64,000 bases of DNA from NCBI RefSeq assembly GCF_006345805.1, contig NC_043003.1, positions 83,948,001-84,012,000 of the forward strand, in the 5' to 3' direction. The position numbers and the translations under genes are program-made. Shown one piece after another: positions 10,678-26,020 of this stretch. This stretch comes from Octopus sinensis. Its lineage: Eukaryota. Below the pieces are notes generated by a model. That model was not told the DNA's origin. It ran no database searches and saw only the letters and a list, made by a program, of their open reading frames with translations. Numbering within the stretch: position 1 is the stretch's first letter; every line of letters starts with the position of its first letter.

Positions 10678-11899
10678 CATATTACTCTACCACTGGTATT
10701 TGAGTACTCTTTTTTCCACCTTGTTTCACATTTATGTGTTTACTCCGGTGTAAATGATACATATATACATATATGTGTGTAATATATGTATATATATGTT
10801 TGTATATATTCACAATATATACATATATGTATTTGTATTTATTTATGTATGTATATATATATATATATACATACCTATTTATAATACATAAATATACATA
10901 CATACATACATACATACATACATACATACATACACTCACACACACATACATATGTGCACATTACATATGGTCAAACCTCGGCTAGCTAAACATCAATTAT
11001 CTAAACTGTGGGATATTTGAATAAGTTGTCAAGGTCCAGCGAATATTATAATTGGTCTTATTGTGTGTAATCTGATCTCATGAATATTTCTGGTGCATCC
11101 TTTCATTCTTTGTTGACAAGTATTAAAAGCAATCTTTTGAATAATTGAAGAACATGTAAAAATGTTGCATCAAAGTGGTGTTAGTGAGTGACGTTTGTGC
11201 GACATTGTATCGTCTGTTCATGGTTATTAGACTGTTCCACTTGTCAGTCAGTCTGCTCTGCTTGTTTGATATCTGTCAGTCACTTTAGACAGTTTTAGAA
11301 ATAATTTTAACTCATAAATGTAACCAAGATGCTGAAGGATATAAAAATCATGGCATAATCATTGATGTCTTCATTTGCTTTATGAATTTGTTCTGAGTGT
11401 GTATCTGTTACAAGTAAATGAGTATGATGCTGTTACCATGTCTGTGAAGAGAGGGTGACCACCAGTTACAATTAAACAAAGGAGCATGATTTTACAGCAT
11501 TCAGACTGAGTTGAAAAGGCATCAAAGACTGTATAAGAGTACATTTGTTGGCTGAATAACAAAAACTCTGTAAATACACTTTTTCATCTAATTATGTGCA
11601 ATATGGTTTGTTTATGTTTCTGATCAGATTATTTATCCAGACAAAATACTCATTGCATATCTCATTTAGATGGTTAAAGTTTAACTATGAGTACACATAT
11701 ACTGGGGCAATGGAAAATTATAATAACAGATTCTAGCATGGGCACAAAGCCTGAAACTTGGGTGAGAGGTAAGTCAGTATTATTGACCATAGTACTTGAG
11801 AGGTATTTTGGCAAAGTTGATTCCAGCAAGAATCAGACTCAGAATATAAAGAGTTGCAACAAATACTGCAAAGCATTTTGTCCAGTACTCTAATGATTC

Positions 11900-12919
11900 C
11901 TCTTTTGATCCACTACCCTTTTGAGAAAAGTACTTGACTGGTACTTCATTTTATCAACCTCAGAAAGAAGAAAGGCAAAGTTGCCCCCAGAAGGATTTGA
12001 ACTCAGAATATAAAGAACTGGAATGATATTGCAAATCATTTTGTCTGACACTCTAACAATTCTGCCAATCCGATGCTTTTTGAAAGTAATAATAATAATA
12101 ATCATCCTTTCCACTATATGCACAAGGTCTGAAATTTGGGGGAAGGGATTAAGTCGATTATATCAACCCCAGTGTGTAACTGGTACTTAATTAACTGACT
12201 CTGAAAGGATGAAAGGCAAAGTCAACCTTTGCAGAATTAGAACTCAGAATGCAGTGACAGGTGAAATACTGCTAAGCATTTCGCCCAGCATGCAGATTCT
12301 GCCAGCTCACCACCTTAATAATAATGATAATAATAATAATAACTCTCTTGTGAACATTTTAACCCATAACTTTCAAATGCAAAATATTTTAGTCATACGC
12401 CATCCTACTATTAAAATCCTGTTATCTTGCTCATCCTTTCTTATTTTTTTACCTCCTTATGTAATTATTATCTTTCTTTCATTATTTTTCTGTTTTCTAA
12501 AGTGATACCCTACCATAGTTCTCTGAATCCAGTCTCAACCAAAGAATATCAGCAGTTATTTCTCTCTTCTTTCTAAATATTTCTAAAATTTAAACATATA
12601 TTTGTCTTAGACTTTTGATACTAGTGTTATTATTTATATTTTATTATTGAATCATTTTTTCTTTGTCAAACTTTAAAATTATTTTGCTTTGAACCTTTTT
12701 TTTTTTCTGTCATAGCAATATTGATAGAAAAGATATTTCACAACTGAAATAAAATAAAAAAGAGAAAAGAAAAAGGAAATCAAATTAGATTATAGCTACA
12801 AAACACTTCAAATAATTATGGCAAAATATTTATATGTGCATGTGTGTATATGTATATATGTATATATATATATATATGTATGTATATATATATATATATA
12901 CATACATATATATATATAT

Positions 12920-12996
<77 letters not shown>

Positions 12997-14433
12997 CATA
13001 TATATATATACAATCATTTATATACATACACACACACATATATGTATATACATACAAATATTTATACACACACATATATATACATACATATATTTATACA
13101 CACATACATATATATATATACATATACATACATATATGTATATATATATATAAACACACTCAGAGATATGTATGTATATATATCATATATAGCATATACA
13201 TACAGATGCATGTATGTATATATGTGTGTGTGTGTGTGTGTGCTTAATTATGAATAACAAAGAAAAGAGAAAACAAAAGCAAAAGAAAAAATCAATCAAT
13301 CAATGAAAACTCAATATAACTGATGTTCATTTGCTCCTTTTCACTAAACACGCAGGCCATATTTATTTCAAAAGGGATCTTTCGATCAGCAATGGAAACT
13401 TTTCTAAACATGTGGCCTTCACTTTGTATTATATGTCAATTGTTGTCAAAAGTATTATTAATATGTTTTTTTAATTAATTAATAAACATAAGTATTAATA
13501 GATTATTTTGACCCTCCCAACATACAACAATAATGATATAATAGTTGTTATAATGTTTGGCCTTGAGCTAGCAATTTTGAGGGGAAGGGCAAGTTGATTA
13601 CATCAACCCCAGTACACAATTGAATCTATATTTTATTGGCCTGATGGTATTTGAACTCTGAGCATAAAGAGCTGGAAGAAACGCTGCTAAGCGCTTTGTC
13701 CAGCATGGTAATGATTCTGCTAGCTTACCATTTTCTAAATGATGACATAATTCTTTCTAAAGTAGGCACAAGGTCAGCAATTTTATAGATAGAGGTTAGT
13801 CAATTACAATGACTCCAGTGCTCAACTGGTACTTTATTTTATCAAACCTGAAGGGAGCAAAGGCAAAGTCAAGTTTGGCAGCATTTGAATTCAGAGAAAA
13901 TGCTGCTAAACATTTTGTCTAGCTTGCTACCTTCTTAATAATGATTATTATAATATATAGATATTATCTAACTACATAATGGAATGATGTAATATATAAG
14001 AATATATTACAGAGGGAAATTATGCTGACAAATAATTGAAAATACAATGAAATTAGCCATTTTTTTTTTGATGAATTTAAAATAGTTTATGTTATCAAAT
14101 TTCAATTAATATCACAATTTATTTGTTGTTATTCCAATGAAACATGTTTGAATAGTTTTCTTGTTACTTATGAAAAATAGCAAAAATTCCTAATGATTTC
14201 CTGTAAAACATTTTCAAATTAATGAAAGATTAACAAAAAAAGTAAGAAAAAGATGAAAAAAAAATGGGAACATAATACAAACATAGGATCTGATATCTCT
14301 CACTTTTTTCATATATTTTTGTTATTTTTGTTGATATAATTTTTTTTCTAACTGTTGTTGATGCTGTTGCTGTTGTTTTTGTTGATGGAATTTTTGTAAT
14401 ATTCTTCAGAAAATACAAGCAAAAATATTCCAA

Positions 14434-14481
<48 letters not shown>

Positions 14482-14719
14482 TAATAATAATAATAATTCC
14501 TTTTACTATAAGCACAAGGCCTGAAATTTAGGGGGAGGAGGATAGTTGATTTCATCAACCCCAGCACTCAACTGGTACTTTATTTTATCAATCTCAAAAA
14601 GCTGAAAGGCAAAGTCGACCTTTGCGGAATTTGAACTCAGAATGTAAAGAATTGGAAGAAATGCCACTAAGCATTTTATCCATTCAGCATGGTAATGATT
14701 CTGTCAACTCACCGCTTTC

Positions 14720-14771
<52 letters not shown>

Positions 14772-15025
14772 TAATATTGACAATGATGATGACGATGATG
14801 ATGAACAGGGGAAATAAAATTTACAAAATCCCACAAGGCTTAACAATGAAGTTTGTTCGCTCTTTGGCAGTGGTTAAAACTTATTTAAGAAGGAAATACT
14901 ACTATTGAGAAAAGGGAAGAAAGATTTTTTTCAAAAAATCAGAAATGAAAGCAAGATGTTTATTTTTTGTAGCACAAAATTACTCTATATAGTAATTAGA
15001 TCATCTTTTTGTTTTTTTTACCTGC

Positions 15026-15060
<35 letters not shown>

Positions 15061-15167
15061 CAAGTTAAAGAGATCAATTTTTTCCTATCCCCAAATAAAC
15101 TAAGAAAAATGAGGCAGGAGAAAAAAAACTAAGGAAAGAGCTCTGATAAATTATCATTACTGTTACC

Positions 15168-15198
<31 letters not shown>

Positions 15199-15795
15199 GA
15201 CTTAGCAAAAAGGGTATCTCCAAAGACTTCATCATTAGATTTGCTTGTGTTGACTTTATGGCAATAATATACTATTAATTCTTTCCAGACCGTCATTTAA
15301 TTGCATTTAGGACCCTGAAAAGGATGAATGGGTTTTTAAAAAAAAATAAAAGAAGAAAAGAAAGAAACAAATAAATACTTTTCAAAAAAAGTGATGCAAG
15401 CATCTGTATTATTATTATTATTGTTATTATTATTATTAAATATATGTGAGATAACGAAGAAGACATTACAAGAGAGAGGTGCCAACTGTTTCAACCAACC
15501 GACCAACCAACCAATCAACCAATCAACCAAAGGAGAGAGGGGTAGAAATTGTTGAAATGCCAATACAATTAATAATAGTCTTTTCAAAGCAGAAAAATAT
15601 ACAGAATTTCCACCAGATATTTTTTTTTTTCAATTATTATTTTTATGTTTTATGATGTTTTGTTTTTGTTTTTGAAGAAATATGATTTTTTGATTGCATA
15701 TCAAGATTGAATAGCAAAATTTAGAGAAGAAAATAAAAACAAAATTTAATAAACCTTGAAGAAAACAAATATCAATAGGGAAGAGGATAGGTAAG

Positions 15796-15838
<43 letters not shown>

Positions 15839-16320
15839 AAATAATAATAATAATGATAATAATTTCTGATTTAGGCACAAGGCCAGCAGTTATGAAGGAA
15901 GAGGATCAGTTGATACATCGACCCCAGTATTTGGTTGACATTTTTTTTTATTGACTTCCAGAGGGATGAAAGGCAAAGTCGACTTTAGCTGGATTAGATC
16001 TTGGAACGTGAAGAGCCAAAAGAAATGCTGCAAATTTTTTTTTTCCTGATGCTCTAATGATTTTGCCAATTCATCTTCCGTTTAAAATAATTGTTTCTTT
16101 CTAAAATAGACATGATGTCAAGAATTTAGAGGACGAAGTAAGCCAATTACATCAACCCCCAATATATGACAAGTACTTTAATTTATCAATCCCCCCCACC
16201 AAAAGGCAAACATGACCTTAGCAGTATTCAAACTCTGAATGTAAAGAGCTGGAACAAGCATTGCAAGGAAATTTTTTTTCTGATGCTGTAATTATTCTGC
16301 CAACCTGCTGCCATTTGCCA
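11900..16320 (-). mobile_element. Cluster of about 7 decayed family A SINEs interspersed with (AAT)n and (TA)n tracts
   Basis: Recurrent GGCACAAGGCC...GGATGAAAGGCAAAGTC...GAACTCAGAA motifs at about 11.9, 12.1, 13.6, 13.8, 14.5, 15.9 and 16.1 kb. Confidence 0.75.
12830..13245. repeat. (TA)n/(CA)n compound microsatellite (similar tracts at 9720-9960, 10760-10950, 18300-18470, 25510-25650, 38880-39215 and 58950-59400)
   Basis: Seen directly; source of the YI/HT/CV-rich pseudo-ORFs. Confidence 0.95.
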
Positions 16321-16825
16321 AATAATAATGATGGTGCTCCAGCATGGCCCATGCCTAACAGCAAAAACAAATAAAATAATAACACTACAAACTAATGCTA
16401 AAGACACTGAACATTTTTTGTAAGGGTTTGGAAAAAAAATTCTTCAGCCAAAGAAATAAATTTTCCTCTCTTAATTTAATGATGTTTTTATTGTGATAAG
16501 TATTATTATTATTATTATTATTAGTTCTTAAAATACCTTTTACTCTCTTCTCTGACACAACCTAAAAAGAAAATAGCCATGTATTTGCCCTATTTATCTA
16601 CAATGAGAATGATACTGTGTAATTTCATTTATAACCATTCATAAATGAAAGAAGACATTTTAAAAAGAAAAGTATAGAAAAGAAAAGTTAAACTTTTTTT
16701 TATGGAATAAAGAAATGTTGTAAATAGTTGAGGAGCAACTTCTAACCCTTTAACTAAGATACTGATATATAAGATACAACATAAGATAATAAATAGGAAC
16801 ATGATTTTGATGAAATATATTGAGT

Positions 16826-16881
<56 letters not shown>

Positions 16882-18329
16882 TTCACACACACATGCATAC
16901 ATATACATTCATATATATGCACACACACACACACCACATATAAATATGTGCATTTATATGTAGAAATGTGCCACTCTTCACCCCCATGCACCATTGGTTA
17001 TCTCTCAAGCCTTATCCATATTTACTAAATTCACCCCTAAACCTTATCCAGTCTCTACAGTTGTCACCTACTCAGACCTACCTCAAATTCTTATCATCCT
17101 CTCAGCATTTGTTCTTCATTCATTATATTCACCTTACTCATCTATTCTCCATCTCTCATAATCCCATGCACACTTGCAAACTCTACCTGCCCAAGCTTCT
17201 GGTTCTTCTATCCACTCCTACTTACCTTGTACCTTGAATGAAGGTCCACACAGACATCTATCACATTTTTCGTCTCTTTCCCACTTTACCTTGATCATAC
17301 CCCACCCTCTCTTAAGTGTGTGAGTCATCACGTAGCCCCTCTACAGCAAGAAAACTGTTGTTTAGGCTCCTTCTCTCATACTTGAACTCCTCATCTCCAA
17401 ACATAAAACCACCTCTCTTGGGATTCATAGACTTGCAAACTGCATGGTCACATTACTAACTATTGGTGGCATAAAAAAGTCTCCAGTATGCAACACAAAG
17501 TGTTTGGTGTTAGGAAGGGCATCCAGCAGTAGAATGACAAATAATACCAAGATAGACAGTGGATCATGATACATTAGGATTCATCAGATATATATATATA
17601 TGATTATTCTACTGGAGGCAAAAATTAAAATGTATTTTGAGTTTGGGATAACTGTTTCTTTATATATATATATATATGTGTGTGTCTCTTTATTCTTTTA
17701 TTCCATCTTTAATTCTCAACTTTCATTGCTTCTTTCAAGCACATGTTGATTCATTCATTTTATTCATTTCATTCATATGTTAGACAGTATTAAACAATAT
17801 GCAAAGATGAGTAAATGGTTATCATAAGCTTCCCCCACCAAAAAAAAAAAAAAAATTTAAGATACCAATATTAAAATGTGGGTTGGTGGTAGAAATTAAC
17901 AAATTAATAAAAAATATATGCTGAATATACGAAAGATGGTGCTCCAGCTTGGTCTTTGCAACCATGGCTAAAACATACTAAAAAACTATAAAAAACAGAT
18001 TATAACATTATCTATCATATAGATTCTTATTTTCAATTTAAGCAATAAACTTTCTTTTTGTTTTATTGTTTTAAACAATCATTTTTGTACTTGTTTCATT
18101 AATTACTTATATATATATATTTATATATATATTAATCATAGTATACGCCTCCTCCACCACTCCCACAAACAAAAACAAGAAAAAATACATTTTGTCGATT
18201 TTTGCAGGTTTTTTTTTAAAAAATTAATTAATTTGTTATTCTAAATTATTCTAATGAAATATATTTATGAAGTTTCAATTTATGTATTTATATCATAGAA
18301 CCAATTTATATATATATATATATACACAC

Positions 18330-18362
<33 letters not shown>

Positions 18363-20505
18363 CATATATATACATTTATGTATGTATATGTGTGTGTATG
18401 TATAGATATATATATGTGTATACATACACACATATATGTATATATGCATATGCATAATATATAAATATATGGGTATATGCATTTATTTGAATATTTTGAG
18501 CATTTGTACAGAACAGTTCTTTCATTGGTTCGTTTCTCATAATGTCCTTTTTTTGCTTGCCCTCCCTGTGGCATATAGTGAAATTATTATTATTATCATT
18601 ATTATTATATTATTATGATAAGATCTTGGGTTGACTGTATAAAGGAATATTTGTCATCAATATGAGTCAATGAGAATTCACATGAACTGACAAGAATGTT
18701 TGCATATATATATATACATATATGTGTATGTGTATAGAGTTGTGTAGTTTGCATGAAACATTGTCTGATATATATAAATGCTATTAATTCTTTTATAATA
18801 AAACTCAAAAAACAATGTAAGTTATAAAAAATGATACAGATCAATGACTTGTATTTCAGTATTTCAGAGAAATGGTTTTCATGAGCTGAACAGAGAAGTC
18901 ACCTCATAATATCATTTCTTGAAAGATATCCTGAATAATGTCTTCTAATCTTGAAATAATGAAATACAAGGTAAAATAGGAACCATTGACCTGTATTTTC
19001 TTTTACAACTTGCATTGTTTTGATTTTATATAAAAAGAAATAAATAATTTAAAACATGAGTGTGTGTGTGTATATATATATATACACACACACATATGCA
19101 TACATATTGATTTATTTAGACTAATCTAGGGGCCTGGTAATATGGTGTTTCATAGCTTGCAGGAAACCAACACAGGATTTAGTTTGAATTGATTGAAGAA
19201 GCAACTTATATGATAGGACTGGACATAAAACACAATTACACCCTACTCTTGTTTACTGTATTTCATCTCTGGTTCAAGACTTGGCATTGGGTCTATGTGT
19301 GTATGTGTTGTTACGCATATATGTATGTACATTTATTTGTGTATGTGTAAATATGTGAAAATTCTTATGCCTAAATGTAGGAGTTGAAAATATTACCATT
19401 TCTGGTTGATCAAACTTTCGGTTTAAAGAAATGTAAGATTTTTTTCTTTCTTTTAGAAAAATTAACATTGAAATGGATAAAATGGGAAAATATCCTCAAC
19501 TCTATAGTAAGAAGGTTGCTACCAAAACATATATATATCTTATGTATTTATGTATGCATGTATAAGCATGTACATATGTATATATATGTATTTATATTTG
19601 TATGTATATATTATATATATATTTATTCTCAAAAGTTGACTAAAATATTCAGCAGATATTTTTTCTCCAAATATAAAGATTGATTATTTTGTATCCTTGG
19701 ATATTTAGTCAGATATTCGGTAATCTTGCAAAACATACTTGATCTGTTGGTGATGATGATGGTAGGTGATACATTTTGGAGTCTTTCCTTTCCCGAATTC
19801 TTGTTCTTTGCAACTCCATTCAAACTATGGTTTAGTGAAGATACGAAAATTCTTTAGTATCTTTAGTATCACAATTTTTGTGCAATGTTTATTGAATGAC
19901 AATTCCTTTGTGCTTTCCTGTGTTTTTTTTTTTTTATTTCATATTTTGTGGAATAAAAAATCATGGATGTTGTCATGATACAACCTGTGTTAGAAACATG
20001 TAAATTCTGATAAATGTTTGTTATATGTAAGATAAACAGGGTTACGTAAGATTATTTTCCTCAACTCTCTGACGAATATAGTTGACTGAAAAAAAATCAA
20101 ACGAGAAACTGAATGAAACCTTGATATAGATATGTAAACCTGTTTACTTTAATGCATGACAAATATATATCATATACACAGATATTTTAAATGTTTATTA
20201 AGGTAAACATAAAATATATAGCTGATACTATGAGATTTTGGATAAATATAAACAAATGCCTATTGTTATCTCTTCTGTGGACTGAAAAAAGGGAGAGTGA
20301 CTTGGTTTCAAACTGAGTTCGACTCATTTTTAGAAGTCATGTGGTTGTATGTTTGTGTGCATGTGTGTGTATTTTTGTGTGCCAAATGTATCCTGGTTGT
20401 AAAGATCCAATATTTGGATGAAAAACAGGTTTAACCCTGGAATTATTTGAACTTAGAACATGAAGGGTTGCAACTGAACATTATAAGGCATTTTGTCCAA
20501 TACTA

Positions 20506-20536
<31 letters not shown>

Positions 20537-21218
20537 AATTGCTTAAGGCCAGCAATTTTGAGGAAAGGAGTATAGTCGATTGCATCGACTCCAGTGCTAG
20601 ACATGTACCTTATTTTATCAAACCCCAAGATGAAGTTGACTTTGGTGGCATTTGAACTCAGAATGCAAAGAGCCAGAAATGAAAATAATAATAAAAAAAT
20701 AATGATGATTTCTTACATAGGTACAGGGCCATGATATTTTATGAATGAGAATTATGTTGATTAAAACCGACCTCAGTATATGACTGGTACCTTATAAAAA
20801 AAAGTAATGAATTTATAAAATTCCATTGAATAATAATAATAATAATAAAAATAATAATAATAATGATAATTCCTTTATTTGCCACATTGGGCAACAAAGA
20901 TACCACATTACAATAATTATAATTAAAGTGAGCAAAGGGTAACAATAAAATTTTGAAGAGGGTGGGGGAGGGATGATGGTAGTAATGATTGTTTTCATTG
21001 ATTCTGTTAACTTAATGGACATTATAGCAGTAATAGTCGTAGCTGTAGTAGTAATTGAAGTAGTATTCTTAAAGTTCTTGATGCTAGGATGGCTGACCTG
21101 GAGTGGGTAAAAGGGACATAAATTTCAGGTGATTGTAGGTCCTCAATTAAAGAATAGTAGAACAGCAGTGGTAAGGTGACTTGATACTTCTTTTAGGATT
21201 TGCAAAATTCAGTCTATA

Positions 21219-21544
21219 CATATATGTGTGTAAGCATGTATGCATGTATGTATACGTGTGTGTGTGAGAGTGTGTGTATATGTTATTGTATTTAGAGAAA
21301 GATAGACTGGTGGAGGAGCATAAGTAAGATGTTAAGTCCATTGAAAGGAGTGAGAGAGGACACTGTTAGCAGAGATAGATTGATAGAAAGATAGATAGAC
21401 AGAGATATATAAATCATTTCTTGAGACACGGTTATTGCAACAATAAGCCCGTTGTACTTTGATAACAATATATATTCATATATATTGCACATTGACATCA
21501 AACACTATATATATGTGTGTGTATGTGTGTATGTATATATATAT
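21219..21544 (+). repeat. Second copy of the 8368-8693 segment
   Basis: Direct comparison; the ORF track shows twin 69-aa ORFs differing at one residue. Confidence 0.92.
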
Positions 21545-22445
21545 AAATTATATATAATACAAATATCGTAACAAAAAGTAGTAAAAAAACATTCCATAGC
21601 TTAATAATAATCCTTTCTACTACAGGCACAAGGCCTGAAACTTGGTGGGAAGGGGGCTAGTCGATTACATCGACCCCAGTACTCAACTGGTACTTATTTC
21701 ATCGACCCCTAAAGGATGAAAGGTAAAGTTGACCTCGGCAAAATTTGAACTCAAAATGTAAAGATGGATAAAATGCTGCTAAGCATTTTGTCCAGAGTGC
21801 TAACAATTCTGCCAGCTCAATGCCCTAATAATAATAATAATAACAATAATAATAATTGTAATAACCAAAATAATTGTGATAATGATGACATTATATATAT
21901 ATATATATATATATTTCTTTTTTTTTTTGAGCTTTTCCTGAATTTTTTTATCCATTGTTATAATCACCATATTTCCCAGTTTTCAAAGGGTGGAGATTTG
22001 CGTCTGTAAGTAATTTCACTCATTATTTTTCTCAAATTTATATTATTATCATTATTATTAATGTTATTATTGATAATAATAATGACGATAATGAGGTTCT
22101 TCTTTTATCATAATCAGCATCATCAGTATATGATTTTATTTGCATCATAAAGATAGACTCTCATCATCATCATTTAATTGATTTCAATTTCTTGTGTGTA
22201 TGCGCATGCATGTGTAGAACGTATGTATGTGTTTGTGTGTGTGTGTGCATATGTGTGAAATATAGCTGTCATAAGTGGTAAAATATTTAAATGTCTTAGT
22301 TTTAATGATTTTTTTGGTGCTTTTTCTTTTATTTTTACACATGAAATCACTAATAGAACAACAATTGATCAAGAAGAAGTCTCCTCAAGAAAATTAAGAG
22401 ACAGGAATGGAGAGGAGGATACTCCATGAGAGAGAGAGAGAGCAG

Positions 22446-22487
<42 letters not shown>

Positions 22488-25078
22488 GAGAGATAGAAGA
22501 ATGTGTGAAAGAGTGAGAGATGTGAACTGGAAAGAGATTGGCCAAGAAGATAAAAACAATAATAGTCATTTTAAAAATAAATAATTAAGCTCTAATAATT
22601 GAATCATTATTTCAACCCTAGTTTGTTACTGGTACCTATCTTACCACCACTCCAAGAAAAAGAAAAAAAAATTGATCATGACAAGTTTTTGCACTTGAAG
22701 CTGTGAAATACCAAATTAGCTACAATACAGCACCTTCACCATCTTGGACATAACCCGCCATCATTAATAACATTAATTATTGTTTTAAGGTTTAATTCAT
22801 TGAAGTGAATCCCTAGTATAAAACTGGTATGTAATAAATCAAACTTGGAGCAGTTAATATTAAAGTTGACCATAGTACGATTTGGAGATTGGACAAAACT
22901 AATGTAAGCAATTTAGGTTTCATTGCCATTTGTTGCTCCACTAGTTTATGATGAAAGCTTTATTATGTTTTTATATATGATGCCTCAAATCTTCAAGGGA
23001 AAAGGTTAATGCAAATTTACAGCATTCATGAATTTCCCAACACTGTAGAAAGCTTTAATATTATTATTCTGTTGAGTGTTTGATATCAATCTCAACACCA
23101 ACTGTCTGTCCAATAGCATAAGGACACCAGCAACAACCACTATGTTATATGTCTGTATATGGGAGTCTGTATATATGTATGTGAATATAGAGATTCCTCT
23201 GCATATAACAGAGGAAAATGTGAAAAAATGCAGAGGGAGAAAGCTTGAAAAAAAGAGAAAAGCTGGAAGATAGAAAGACATTAAAAGCTGTCAATAGTAC
23301 CCAAGGTAACATGTATATAATGTTCACTACTTCTCCATTATTTAAAAATTTTCTGCTAAAAGGCAATCGCTAGATTATTTTATTTTCCCAAATATTTAAT
23401 CAACTTAATTTTTCTGATATATATATATATACATATATATATACCCATACCATTTAATATTTGGATTATATTTCTGTGATAGTATGTGTCTTATTCTAAG
23501 TATGTATATTAACTTTGAGAAACTAATTCTTAATTTTTTTGGAATTATCTCCCCTTTTCTTTTGGAGTTACTAACAGTTGTTGCCATGTTTTCTTTTGTT
23601 TTCCCAACTAAAAAAAATTCCAGTTAAGAAATTTTTACTTGAAATATTCAGTCCATCACCTCATTAATTTTATGTTTTGATAGTCATGAATGACACAACA
23701 CTGATTTATCACCGTTTGTTTTTCTTTTGTTTCAGCTAGATTTTGTCATAGCTTGCATTAATGTAATCAACAAAAGGTAATCTCTCCATAAATCCTATCT
23801 CACCTATCTTAGATTCAAGATGTTGGAGATAGGAAAAAAAAAACAGATCCTAGATTTAGTCTGAATATGTATAAAATATGGCTGTACAGAATGATAGAGA
23901 ATTTTTTTTTTTTAAATGGTTAAGAAAAGGAACATTCATAACCTGTAGCCCTTTCCAGGGCCTCTGAAACTGATGAGAAGAAAGTAGCAGAGTCCTACAA
24001 CAGATGCTTAAAACAGAGTGGATTCTACTCAAAGATCAAGAGATCCTACAGTAAGGAAGAGAGAAAGACAGAGAGAGAGGAGAATGTGTTTAGATATATG
24101 ACTTGCTCTTTTCAAAAAGAGGTCTTCTCTTTCTTCCCATTTGCCTCATCCTTAGACAATACTGAAGCATTTATTTGTTAATGTTGTTGTTGCTGCTGCT
24201 GTCCTTATTTCTTGCTTACATCTGCGCCCTTTTCTTATTATTGCAATAATTATTATTATATTATTTTTCCTACTATATCAAACCAGATTATTAGTCGGCA
24301 ATAATGGATGGTCTTATAAATATATAATTATGCAATTGCTTTCTATTACTATTACAGTATTATTATCATTATTATTATTAATGCCACTGTTTTTATTAAT
24401 ATTACTATGCGCTTTCTAAAAAGAAGAAAAAGATACGATTTCTTTTATTATTTATCTATTTTATTTTCCACTTACATAATATTTACTGTTTGATAATAAA
24501 AAAAAAAGGAAACATTTTGATAATAATGATTAAAAAAAAATAATTTTATCAGATTTTATTCATACATACATTATTTGTTTCATATGCTTTTATTTTTAAA
24601 ATTTCGTAAGGTTTGAGGGTTGATTAATTCAATTCAAATTTTTTTTTTATTATTATTATTTAATAACTTTTTCTTTTCCCCTTCAGGTCAACAGAAATAG
24701 TCACAACCAAAAAAATGCACAGCGTCCAGAAAAAAAGCTAACTGCAAATACTGCGTTTTCAATACACATCATGCACATTTTAGCTGCAGTCTATGGCTTT
24801 TAGAACTGAACAAAACTTCTTAAAACAAAAAAAGAATTTAAAATAAAAAATATATTTTAAAGAAGTGGCTGCTGAAGAGGGACATTAGAAAACAAAATGT
24901 TTCAAAAGGTGAGATATGAAAAAAAAAACACAAAGAAGGGAGTGGGAAAAATGAGGGAAGGGAATTCCTTAAAAGACAAAAAAAATTTTTGTTCTGCACA
25001 TTGTTTTTATATAATTTTTTCCAATTTCTTTCCATTCATTAAAAGAAAAACAGAAAACTCCCCCAAAACACCTATATA

Positions 25079-25113
<35 letters not shown>

Positions 25114-25891
25114 ATATGTGTGTGTATGTTTGTGGATATATATTTTCTATAAATGGCTAGTAGCTGCTTTATTTTGGAGCATGTAATATTATTAACATGA
25201 CTGCAGTTGTAAAATGTTTTCCACAAATTAGTTTTGCCAACTTGTGGCTTGCTTGTTTGTTAATTTTTTATTTTTTTTAAAAAAAACTTTTTCTAAAATT
25301 TGACTGTATGTAAATAATTGCCAAAATAATTTTATTTAATTTTCAGTTTGACATTAGGCATTATTTGCACACATTTACCATACATAGTTTGTTAGACACC
25401 ATTGCATGATGGGAATTTAAACAAACAAACAGTAAAAAAACCCTCTACAAGCTGGAAAAACTTGATGGAAAACAGCTAAAATTATATCCTAGTCATGTTT
25501 TAATACAACATTTCATATATATATATATACACATACATATATATACATATATATATATATATATATGCATTTATGTATATACTTTATACACACACAAATA
25601 TATACATACACATATACACACACACACACATTGATACATACACATAGATAGATAGGTAGATATAATAATTATAATAATAATATTAATCATAATTGTAATG
25701 TTCTTTCTTCATTTCTTTAAATGTTATTTTCTTTAAAATTTTATTTATCATTTTATCTTTTTTCTTTCTCGTCTCATCTTTCTAGTTTAATTTTATTTAT
25801 TGATTGATTTTTGTGTTTGTTTGTTTTCCGTTTCTCTCTTCTCTTCTCTGTCATTTAATGCAAATGATGGTACAGCAAGTTGTCAGCTTGC

Positions 25892-26020
25892 TCACATGTT
25901 GGTGTCTAGTATCGAATGCTTGGAGTTTCGTACATCCTCCGTCTCGTAAGCATTGTATGTAGCGAATCTAGAATCCTTCAAGTGTGTGTAATTAGCACTG
26001 ACCGCAATCAAAAAGTGAAT
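25892..26020 (-). CDS. M6: M6-family terminal coding exon: IHFLIAVSANYTHLKDSRFATYNAYETEDVRNSKHSILDTNM*
   Basis: Acceptor atttcttgtttcctctttcag, then 42 codons plus TGA. HFLIAVSANYTHLKD matches the M6 signature HYLMxLSANxAxxxD. Confidence 0.95.
   Translation of the reverse strand: MHFLIAVSANYTHLKDSRFATYNAYETEDVRNSKHSILDTNM

Noticed and set aside
11380-11570. Minus-strand open segment (FDAFSTQSECCKIMLLCLIVTGGHPLFTDM) with AG/GT ends
   Set aside because: No recognisable homology, weak donor and no partner exons.
20063-20095. Other CTGA(N)GA...GAAA hammerhead-like strings (also about 23965 and 24870)
   Set aside because: They lack stems I-III or an NUH triplet.
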